A program made the translations under genes and the position numbers. 64,000 bases of DNA, from NCBI GenBank assembly GCA_964016885.1, contig OZ024745.1, forward strand, positions 54,994,001-55,058,000, written 5' to 3'. Position 1 is the first letter of the stretch. Every line of letters begins with the position of its first letter. The stretch comes from Eledone cirrhosa. Lineage: Eukaryota. Shown here one piece after another: positions 1 through 12,896 of this stretch. The notes below the pieces were generated by a model. That model was not told the DNA's origin, searched no databases, and worked only from the letters and a program-made list of their open reading frames with translations.

Positions 1-411
1 ATGAACTAGATGAGCAGATGTGTGTGGGGAGGGGGGAGGTATACCGTAGGGAGTCGGTGAGTTTGATAGATATGTCAGTCTCTAATATTCGCTTTCTTTT
101 TTTTATTAATATATCTAAGAAAGGGATTTTTTCGTTGTTACATTCCATAGTGAATTGGATGTTAGAGCTTACCACATTAATGAAGGCTTGAAGATTCTTT
201 AGTTCATAAGGATATATATGTGTGGCTACGTGTGTGTTTGTGTATAAAAAGCGGGTAGTTGGTTCTGCAAAAACCAGATGAATAGGAACTCAGTACAATG
301 AGATAAAATAAATCATAACCACAACCACACACGCACACACACGCCCCCCCCCCACACACATATATATATACATATATAATTTTAATATATACATATATAA
401 TTTCGTCCGTA

Positions 412-492
<81 letters not shown>

Positions 493-557
493 GAATATGT
501 ATCTATTTATGTGTGTGTGTGTGTGTGCGTGTGGACATTTGTGGATATGCATTAAAT

Positions 558-830
558 TAGCTGCCGTAGTGATATCAGACTGGTGTTAGAATGAAACTGA
601 TAATATCGAGAGTTCGGCAGCTGGGCCGTGTGGTGTTTCTGAGTCCATGTGCAAGACGATACATTTCAAGTTGCTCCAGTACACTCGGCTGAAAATAACT
701 AGCCGATTTCAGCCAGCTCATGCTATAAGTTGTCACCCTGTACCGAATTTCATGACATGCATGCTCTCCCTATCATGAAAAGCACCAGAGAATCTTCCTA
801 ATATCTGAAGATCTGTAGGAAGCCATGACA
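558..830 (+). mobile_element. Old SINE-like relic (tRNA-like head plus central conserved segment)
   Basis: Degenerate A/B-box-like head (GAGAGTTCGG) followed by GAGTCCATGTGCAAGACGATACATTTCAAGTTGCTCCAGTACACTCGGCTG, which resembles invertebrate SINE central domains. Flanked by microsatellites. Recognised by resemblance only. Confidence 0.35.
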
Positions 831-884
831 CACACCGAGTTATCACATGTAATATTCATAAACACGAGTGCGTACTCGAACACT

Positions 885-1628
<744 letters not shown>

Positions 1629-1690
1629 ATATATAATATATATATATACAAACACACACATATATATATATATATAATATATATATATAT

Positions 1691-2232
<542 letters not shown>

Positions 2233-2457
2233 TATATATATATATATCAGATTAGAGCAAACATCACGGGCGCTCTATCTCAACATTATTTTTGAAAAGC
2301 ATTAGAAATGCGCAACCGGTAAAACTTAAAACCAAAACTGAATACTAACCAATACTATTACTAATTTTAACTTATTTCTAATTAAACTATTTTTCACTGG
2401 GAACAATTTGTCAGCATTTTCTTTTCCTTTTACTCGTGTGTTACACCTCGATTCGTT

Positions 2458-2497
<40 letters not shown>

Positions 2498-2500
<3 letters not shown>

Positions 2501-2696
2501 CGAAGGAAATGTGGTAAGGAACCAGGTGGACCATAACGCACCAAAGTACTCAATACTTAGGGAAGTAGAGTGGGTAATAGGAACGAGTAGGACCCCGACG
2601 GCTGAACTCAAGCCGTTTCGACGGCTAATTATGGATGTCCAGAATTAGCCGTCGAAACGGCTTGAGCTCAGCCGTCGGGGTCCTACTCGTTCCTAT
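2498..2696 (-). mobile_element. Penelope-like pLTR fragment with 5' fold-back and 3' half of a hammerhead
   Basis: Palindrome 2577-2696 centred at 2636/2637. Minus strand has GAAAC-GGCT-loop-AGCC-GTC-GGGGTCC. Same family as 30655-30801. Flanked by (TA)n. Confidence 0.7.
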
Positions 2697-2703
2697 ATAT
2701 ATA

Positions 2704-2767
<64 letters not shown>

Positions 2768-3233
2768 TGTGTGTATAAAGTCGAGGAGATAACATATTTA
2801 TGTATGTTAAAGTGGGGAACGCAAAAATGATAGTGTGAGAAGTAGACGGGATTAGCGTCATATACTTATATATTTAATACATAATTCCCATTAGATGTAC
2901 TCTTGGAGTAATATTGAGTGTGACAAGCGAAAAGTTTGTTGGTCCATCTCTTGTTGCAGGTGCGATGGTTTGCGGATTTTATTATTGACACAGAAGTACT
3001 ATATTTAAGTCACGAAATGTCAATCAATTTAGATGAGTTTCGTTTTAAAGTTTTTCTAAAGTATTATCAAAGAAGAATATACTTGGTACTTAATAAGATC
3101 AGGCTGGGCTTCCTGAAACACGATTTGAAACACGCAACAATTAGATATTTGACAAATAAGTACTTTTCTTTTGGTTACCACTGATTATATATGTAGTCAA
3201 ACACACACACACATATATATATATATATATGCG

Positions 3234-3318
<85 letters not shown>

Positions 3319-3574
3319 AGAGAGTTAGAGATATAACAATGGGAAAAATAATATAAATATTAACAGTATGCGAGCGCTGACTGCTTTGTTATATGTAGGT
3401 ATAATTCCTACTTTTAAATACAGCAATTATATATGATATATTGTTTTATCATAAATAATAGTCTTCTAGATATTAATATATAACTTAAATGGATATTATG
3501 GGATTGTAAATAGATAAACGAAGCATTTGCTGTATATAGTGCATCGGGTGTATAAGATGAAGATTATAAGATTA

Positions 3575-5313
3575 CACGGTGTAAAATTAAAAATAAATGT
3601 TCTCTGTTCCTGGCTTGTAATCACTTTTTTGTGTTGCTTAGGTCCCAAATAAATAAAAAAGTGCTATTAAACAGTTAAAAGTTTTAGTTTGTAAACATTG
3701 TAAGCTATTCACTAGAATTATTTGTATGCTGGATTTTACGTTGTATGTAATTTTAATTTGCTTATGTTAAATGATTTTTTTTATATATGTTTCAGGTTAA
3801 ATTAAAATTATAAAATAAAGAGTAATACCTAAAGAAAATTATAAAAGTGCAATAAAGTATAACATTGTTAAAAAGTAGATTAAAGAGATTTATTGATACT
3901 GGATTTAGAGCACCCTGAATAAAGGGTAAGTTGTGTTTTAAGGATTCGCCTCCAGGATGAAGCAGTGAAACTTGGTCATGGTGGAAGTGCAGGTGACAAG
4001 TCAGAGAAGTCGACACGAACTTTTCTCAGGCTTTTACACTCTTAGGGATGGCCTCTGCTTCTACCATGACATGCCTGGACTGTTTGACGTTATTGGGTGC
4101 CGTTTGTGCCCAATGAGTGGCGGCTATTTATAGACAGCTCCACCACAAGTTTGAAAGCTGTCCTCCTCCACAAGGGAAACGAGTTCCCGACACTGCCCTA
4201 GCTCATTCAGTCTGCCTGAAGGAAGATTACTACAGTGTGAAAGTCCTCTTGGAAGCTCTGCAATACAACCAGTACAATTGGGAAATTATTGGGGACTTCA
4301 AGATGGTGGCTTTCCTGTTTGGACTCCAAGGAGGCTTTATCAAATTCCAATGCTTCCTCTGCCTTTGGGACAGCAGAGCCACCTCTGACCACTACAAAAG
4401 AGAGAACTGGGAGCAGCGAACAGAAATTGTAGTTGGGACCCGGAACTTGATGTGGGAGCCACTGGTTGATCCCAGTATTGTGCTCATGCCACCACTTCAC
4501 ATTAAGTTGGGGTTGATGAAGCAGTTTGTGAAGGCTCTAAACTAAGAATCAGCCGCTTTTAAGTACCTTCTTGAGTTCTTCCCCAAGTTATCTGAGGCCA
4601 AAATCAAAAGTGGAATTTTTGTTGGACCTCATATAAAGGTGTTTGAGTCTACCGAGTCCTCCAATGATCTCAATAGGATTGAGAGAACAGCATGGAACTG
4701 TTTCAAGACAGTTGTTAAGGGCTTCCTGGGCAACTACAGAGCTGAAAACTACCAACAACTGGTGCAGGATCTGATAAAGGCTTTTGGCGGCATGGGATGC
4801 AGGATGTCGCTTAAACTCCATATGCTGGACGCTCACCTGGAAACATTCGAGGGCAATATGGGCGCCTACTCAGAAGAGCAAGGCGAACGATTCCACCAAG
4901 ATGTGAAAGAGATAGAGCGGACGTACCAGGGCCATACAATGAAAAAATGATGGGGGACTATATCTGGGGGCTAGTGCGGGAATGCGACCTGGACTACAAC
5001 CGCAAATCCAGGAAATCCAGTCATTTCTGACGTGCATAAGTTGCTTTATAATTGTTATTTGTTTTTACTTGTTTGCTTTTGATAAACTTGTGTAATAAAA
5101 TAAATATATACTCTGTTGATTTAATTATATGAACTGATAAATTTAAAAAAAATGTGTTTTTTCTTGAAAAATATGAAAATTTCGAAATATAAAACTCGTG
5201 ACCAAAAACTCAAACTTCTGATTAGATAATAGTGTTTTTTTAATAATAATGGGATATAACAAACCATGAAATGACACTGAGAACCGGGGAACAAAAGAAT
5301 ATGTTACACGGTT
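3575..5313 (+). mobile_element. Chapaev3-type (CMC/EnSpm superfamily) DNA transposon, internally deleted
   Basis: Termini CACGGTGTAA... and ...TTACACGGTT with imperfect TIRs. TTA lies directly on both sides (3572-3574 and 5314-5316), matching the 3-bp TWA duplication of Chapaev3. Transposase remnant inside. Confidence 0.8.
3940..5030 (+). pseudogene. Chapaev3 transposase C-terminal part, with frameshifts and stops
   Basis: Motifs IIGDFKMVAFLFGLQGG..KFQCFLCLWDSR, PPLHIKLGLMKQFVKAL, KIKSGIFVGP, MSLKLHML.AHL and SEEQGERFHQD in ORFs 4117-4545 and 4639-4950. Confidence 0.85.
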
Positions 5314-6597
5314 TTATTTGTCGTATGAATGTCGATGTTTCTTTTATAATTTACAACAAATAATGTTTCACCATGACTTTCTATTTGCATTGTCTAATTT
5401 TATTTGGAGCTCACATTCAACGCCTTTGTCGCCAATGGAAGCAATATTTTCCTGGTTAGAAATTAGAATTGTATGCACTATAAAATATTTATCTTTCATT
5501 TGGTCATATAATTTTGACAATGATGAACACTTCAAATGTCTATATTTATATGCCTTATGTTTGAATAGTTTTATATATGCTGAAATATAATTAAATTTTG
5601 TGCAATTTATTTAAAGGGAAATTGATATTCCACTGCAGGTCTAGACACGAATATGAAAGATAGTGTGAAAAATGTCCCAGGATATCGCGAGTTATTTATT
5701 GAAACTCTAAAGTTGAAAATCAAAATAGGCCTCATTGTTTATGAAACAGATAGGCAGTGAAACTTAACAGTACAATGTGGTTACCTAATCGACATTGTGC
5801 ACAAACTCAGCCTTTAGAAATCCACAAGGCTTGAATTAGAAGGAAATGGGACTTTGGTGAAATGTGATCTCCGGATTCTGTGGGATGTAAAAAAATAAGA
5901 CAACACGCCGTTTTCCTCTGTCAGCATCCAACAATATATTTTCTCTATTATGGATTTTGTTATATTACACGCGATTGTTTTTAAAATGGTGGTGTGTTTC
6001 AAATCAATAAAATCAATACTAGTATATAATTAGAACTTATTCTTTTGACTCTATATAACAGAAAATTAATATCGCGCTTGCCCGTTGTAATACACAACAT
6101 TCATTTGAATTACCGTAAGCAATATATGATTAGTTCAGTCAAACTTAAGACGAACCCGAATAATTCAGTACTTTCAAATTCTGGAAGCACAATTTAATAA
6201 GCAAATCTTATCTTGATTATGTATGTGTAAACAGTGAAAGAATGATATTTCAGAATTGTAATTATATCTGTAGAGTTGAGACTCCTTTATATATACATAG
6301 ATGCAATGGACGAATAGACAGGATTTTAATTGATATGTATATATTGCAGTGTCTAATCTTGAGACCTTATCATCAGGTTGAGACGTATGGGAGTATAATA
6401 GACTTTCGTTAAGTGATGGATATCTACACATCGCATAATACATACCATTAAAGCCGCAGTTCAGCGTTTGTATTAATCTCTCAATATATATGGATGCATG
6501 TATATATATATATAAACACATATCTAAATCCACACACAAGCCCCCACCCTCATTTCACACATATTACACACACATACATGCATACATTTATACATAC

Positions 6598-6670
<73 letters not shown>

Positions 6671-7124
6671 TAAATATAAAGAGAGGGAGAAGAGAGAAAA
6701 CCGAGAAAGAAAGAAAGGGAGAGAAAAGCGTGTGGTATTTATCAATTTTATGTGAATGTCTCATTTTCACGTCCTTTCTCACTCCACCTTTTGGCTTTAC
6801 TATTTTTTTTTATTGAAAATATTTTCAAAGCATTCATAATCCTAATTCTATGGTTCAATTTTGTATATCAAAGCTGGATGTATTGGTTCATTAACGTTCA
6901 AAAGTAGGCCACTATGTTTCAATATATATTTATCTGGTAATCAGTTTGATTTCAGAGCTACACTTTCCATCCTTCACTTCTGACAATGATAATTATTTCA
7001 CAACAGATCATACTAAATCGTACGTGTATATGTTAACCATATTTTATACACAGTATGTTTCTTTGATATATTTTCTGATAAAATTAATGCCGATAATATC
7101 TTTATCTTAAATGTAATAACGTAA

Positions 7125-7226
<102 letters not shown>

Positions 7227-7353
7227 GTGTTGTTCTGATATACGTTTATACATGCATACTCATAAACATACAGATATATATATATATATATATATACCTT
7301 GCTACCACCTTCATACACATACAGGCAGACATGCAGACACACACCCACACACG

Positions 7354-7384
<31 letters not shown>

Positions 7385-7417
7385 GTATGTATGTATATAT
7401 ACATATATACATGTATG

Positions 7418-7448
<31 letters not shown>

Positions 7449-7495
7449 TTGTGTGTATATATATATATATATATATATGGAGAGAGAGGGAGAGA

Positions 7496-7586
<91 letters not shown>

Positions 7587-8234
7587 AAGTAAAAGTATGA
7601 AACCTAAGAAAAACGTTTAAAAATAGCAATTTTTAATAAACAAACTACAAAAAAACAATAATAATAATAATGAAAATAATAATATAGTAATAATTATAAA
7701 AGTAATGATAAAATTATAGGATGACATATAAAAACGTGTAGAGTAGCATGATGAAATGAAACTATAATAGAATCAACATCAATAATAAATAAAGTTGTTA
7801 ATATAATGCGCAATACATTAAGATTATTTTGAAAAAAAATCTAACCCTGTATATTCAACAGTTAAATAAACTTTTGTAATTAGCATTAAAAACTCAAACA
7901 GAAAAAAATTAAAATTTAATCTTTCAACAAGTTCACATGAGGTCTTTGTTATCACTATCATTATACTTTCCTAGATAACTTACTTGATCGATGGGTAATT
8001 ACATAGTGAAATCTTCAAGGGAAGGATAAACTAGTATGTAGCCTTACAATATTGTTGGAAGGTCATATTAACATTTAATGCTCATCAATATTGATGTCGA
8101 GAGGCGAAGCAATGTATAGATTCATCAATTAATGTAATAAAGAAGCAAAGAGCGTTGTGAATTTCAGATGATAAGTCATATATCATTTTTAATATAGAAA
8201 AGACGTTGATGGTTATGGAACCAATTAACATTTC

Positions 8235-8296
<62 letters not shown>

Positions 8297-8529
8297 AGTG
8301 TGTGTGTGTGTGTGTGTGTGTTTAAATAATGCCTGCGATAATGATATCATTATACATATAAATAATCGTGGTTTGTGATAGATGGGTTTGTATTTCGCGC
8401 CAAGAAATATTTTCACACAATTAAAGGGGGTTAGAATGGAATGACTTTAAGTTAAAAGACATATATATATATATATATATATATATGGGGGGGGGTATGA
8501 GTGTGGATGGGTGTATGTATCTATCTATC

Positions 8530-8571
<42 letters not shown>

Positions 8572-8621
8572 GATAGACAGATAGATAGATAGATATATGT
8601 ATATATATATGCGTATATATA

Positions 8622-9115
8622 ACCTGTCACATGGTCGGGTCATCAGCGACTAAACCGGCAACCCCACCCAGTTTACTTGGTGAGGAGGGTGATTTTGGAC
8701 ACTCTGCAAGACAAAAAACAAAACCTGACAAAGGGCGGAAGAACTCATCGAGTCAACAGCTATTCAAAAGTGTGTAGATATGTATGTACATATGTATGTA
8801 TATGTGTATATCCATGGGGGCATATGTATGTATATGCGCGGGGACATAGAAATAGATGGGCTGGACAACCGATCGCGTGGTTAAGTCACTGTCAGTGAAG
8901 GACCCCTAGCCTTTGTCAGAGTATTCTTCTAGGAGAAGGCAACTCAGAAAACTGCGATAACTCCGATATTAAACCTGCGGCTCAGTAGTTACCGATGATG
9001 TTGATCTTTTCTTCTTTTCTCGTTATAGCTGCTGTGGCTCAGCGAGTGGGATTGGCTCAGTGCACAGTCTTTCCTTACTTTAAAAAAATATCTTCACGCA
9101 CAAGAATTGCACGAT
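8622..9115 (+). mobile_element. Interspersed repeat, probably an RTE 5' UTR-like or SINE-like element
   Basis: 8640-8730 (ACTAAACCGGCAACCCCACCCAGTTTACTTGGTGAGGAGGGTG) recurs in diverged form at ~31925-32010. Family assignment is by resemblance only. Confidence 0.4.
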
Positions 9116-11289
9116 AGAATTAATTAATAATTATTAATAATGGTATATCGCGCAATGGCCATACTCGATAACGAGGGGACAGCCATCATATATATATATT
9201 TAGGTTTGTCAGTTCAGCACTGGATAGAACTGGTCATTCCGTATGGTTAACCTCGATGTAATATTATGGAGAGCACTCAACGTAATGCAATTCACCCGTC
9301 TTCGTTTGTGTGGTTGGTGGTGCGAGTACGGAGTGAATTATTATAAAATAACAGGAGGCTGGTATGGTGTAATTCCTTAAAAGGTTTCTTATACTATGAT
9401 CATTTCAATGACCGGATTTAGTACGAAAAACTCACAGGGTAGACAATCCAGTCTGTGCGATTAGTGTCTCGTATTGGTTGCTGTCAACGGCTTTTCACCT
9501 CATTCTGCTTTATTCGTCGAGTGTCGTCACCGGCCTTCGAGGTAGGAACAAAAGTCCACAACCATCTCTGGACCCTGCTCTCTACAAACAGTCGTCAAAA
9601 TAATAGTGAAAGCCGCTCACATCTGCCTGAAATAAACCAGCATGCGCTCATCTCGTTTCATCAAATACAGAAGTTTGGTTTTCTTGCACCGTCCGCCTTT
9701 GAAAATCGGTTCCAACGAAAAGATTTCTTTCCTCGTTGCTTCGTTGATTTGCATTTGCTCTGACAAAGTACCCTTCGAGTTTCTTATTGAATAAATGGTC
9801 TCATCAATAGCACAGCTGTCAATGCCACTTTAATCACCTCTTGAAAAACTTAGGTACTAACTCTCCTTCGTTTTTATTTTTTTTCTCTTACTAATACTCT
9901 ACTAAACAGTATTGATTGAACTCTAGTCTCTCTTTTTAAACCATAAGACCAAGAAGAAGAAGTGTGTATGAATGTATGGTATATATTTTATGTGACAAAT
10001 ACAAATTTCAATAATTTGTACCATTATATATTACATAAGTGACCTAAATTTTGGAACCGTGTGTGAATTACCGAATTGCTTGATATAACATGCTTAATGT
10101 TTTATCATGTTTGACTTACACTAAGTAGTTAGTGGCTAAAGAGAGATAGATTGATCAGTGGTATTGTGATATAAGGAGATCGTCTGTCTTTATCACATTC
10201 AAAAACCACCAAACTAACCCGACTAACCCTTGTTTAAACACACAGATCTCCGTCCCATAGCACGCTACAGTTTTACAAAATAAAACATTAGAAATTGTTG
10301 TTTTAGATATAAACTGAAATGTTTTTTCTAGGATGGAATGCATTTGTTAAGTTGGCTTTGAATGAGAAAAAAATGCAAACTGCAGCTCCAAACATTAATA
10401 AACATTTACTTTCACTTCTGATTCGATCTTGCCTTTTCGTGTGGATGAGAAAAACTCAGTTGAGTGTTGCTGAATATATTATCCTCTGTATTTATGAATA
10501 CTTACACAGTGAAATTAAAATAGAAAATATGAAATGGAGGCTTTTAAAATTGATATGAAACAGGTGTATCATTTTTTATACGACTTCAGAAATCTATAGA
10601 TTCATATTATCTAAAATACTTGGAAGAAGCAATTAATCTATATTACATATATTGAACATAAATTCATTCCTTATAAGAAGAATCCTTTGCTTATGTTTGT
10701 ATGCTTCATTGAATATTCACAAAACATCCTGTCTGCGTTACTATTTTCAGCCACTATAAACATTATCGTAAAGAAAATGTCTTATTCGATTATCTATATC
10801 GAAATGTATTTACTGTTACCGCAAATGAATTTGAATAGTTAAATATTGGTGCCTTTAATAATATGCATTTGTTTATTTAATTAGTATTCAAATAACTATA
10901 GTACGTTTTAGTTTAATACTAAAAATTTATAAATTTTTCTTAAATCATTTAAGAAATGCAGATGATGTTTTGATTATGTATAATTTGATTAGAATTACTA
11001 AATATGAATAACACATATCGATTGAAAATATATATAGAGAGAGACAGGAGATTGTAGATGGGTTATTGAGAAAGCAATCAAATAAAAAAATGAGAAAAGA
11101 ATACGAAAAAATGAGAAAGAAATGATTAAAAAAGAAACCAGGCTGGTCATAAGGCGTTCTTATTTAGTATGAACATTTCAGATTTTCAGGTTATTCTATT
11201 ATTATATAATCCTTCGTGCAGGGTAAAAAATGGTAATTTCAAGCCTCAGAGAGAGAGGCATGTTCGAAAATATATATTCCAGTCTCCAT

Positions 11290-12607
11290 TTCATGCCAGA
11301 AATGGGCCAATGGGCCTGCAAACTGTCCTGCAAAGTGTGGAATGGACACGCAAGAGTGATAATCCCAATTTTCAAAACGGGACATCATAGTGATTGTTCC
11401 AATAATTGACGGGCCTCCTTGCTAAACCTCTCCTGCAAAGTCTATTCTTAGTGTCTGGCAGAGATATGCAGGGAGATTTTCGAATCCAAGCTAATTGATG
11501 AACAGTGCGGTTTTCGCTCGGATTCAGCATTGCCGACTAAATATTCACACTGCTGCAGGTCTTCAAGAAATTGTGGGAGTATTTCCAAGAGGTATATACT
11601 TGTTTCGACGACCTGTAAAATGCATATAACCGAATTCCTCGGGACCTGATGTGGATAGTTCTGCAGGTGTAGGGGTTCGATTATCAGCTAGCTGTCCTGA
11701 TATCTCTACGATTACCTGATTATTCGTGTTCGGATAAGTGGTGCTAAATCGAAACCTTTCAATGTTGGAATCGGATTTCGCCAAGGGTACCAACTGTCAC
11801 CCCTCCCGTTCATTATTTACATGAACAGGATTGACATGTGCAGCCGTGTTGGAAGTGGTATCATGGCTGTCGTGTGTAAACCAGTCGGCTTGTATTCGCA
11901 GACGAAATTGTGTTACTTAACACGACAAAAGGTGGTCTCCGACTTCCACTCGATAGATTTAATGCCGAGGGCTGCATGGCTGGAATGAAAATCAGTGTTG
12001 CAAGAAATGAGAATTTCGTTCTTACAAAGAAGCCTGCACCGTGAAACCTACATGTGAATGGAATTCCACTGAATCAGGTGGACATGCTCATTACGGAGCC
12101 GTATTCAGAAGTGATGGAACGCAGGAGGTTAAATTAAGTGTAAGAATTGCAGGAGATGGTTCAGTAATACACCAGCTTCAACAGTGAATAATAATAAGAA
12201 GGAGGTAGGATTTAAAGCCAAACTTGCTACCTTCAATTCGGTATTCGTGCCAATTATTACCGATTGTGTAATAACCGAAAGAATACGAGCGAAGAATTTG
12301 AAGTAACGTGTACCTCGGGATTCAGAGTCACTCTTGGTAGGAGCACTACTTCTCCAAATTGAGAAATCACAGTTTCGATACAATTGGAATATGATTAGAA
12401 TGTCTAAGCGAAGAATCACAGGGCATAATCTATGGGCAAAACCAACCGCCAGGAGACCCATGAGTAGTCCCCTAGCATAATGTTTCGATAAGATCCATGA
12501 GCGTGACTGATCTCCTTTGGGGATCCAGCCGGATCAGTTGGAGACGGTTGTTTCTGACAAGTCACGCTGAAAAGGGGTGATTGGGACTCTGCACCTACGA
12601 GCCTATC
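11290..12607 (+). pseudogene. RTE-clade (Rex3/Expander-like) LINE, 5'-truncated and decayed RT
   Basis: Broken translation includes SLLNLSCKVYS, LIDEQCGFR, IFTLLQVFKKLWEY..VYTCF.DL, RQGY.LSPL and LVFADE-like motifs. The 3' end abuts (AAT)13. Confidence 0.75.

Positions 12608-12646
<39 letters not shown>
12608..12646. repeat. (AAT)13 microsatellite at the 3' junction of Tx1 copy A
   Basis: Read directly from the sequence. Confidence 0.95.
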
Positions 12647-12648
<2 letters not shown>

Positions 12649-12896
12649 ATTCGTTATTAACCACAAGGTTTTACATAAAGTAGACATTAAGGACAGTACA
12701 GGACAATACAGGACGGTACAAATGGGCATTTCTGCGTGTAAAAAAACAAAAACAGAGGATGTAACAAAAAAAAACAATGAAAAATTCCCCAATAGGGGGG
12801 AGACTTCCGAGGGATATTTGTGGAGAAAGCCCATTATAAGGCCACGGTGACCCTGACCACCAGGGCAAGAGCCTCTCCCAGTTTTCCACCTTTAAT

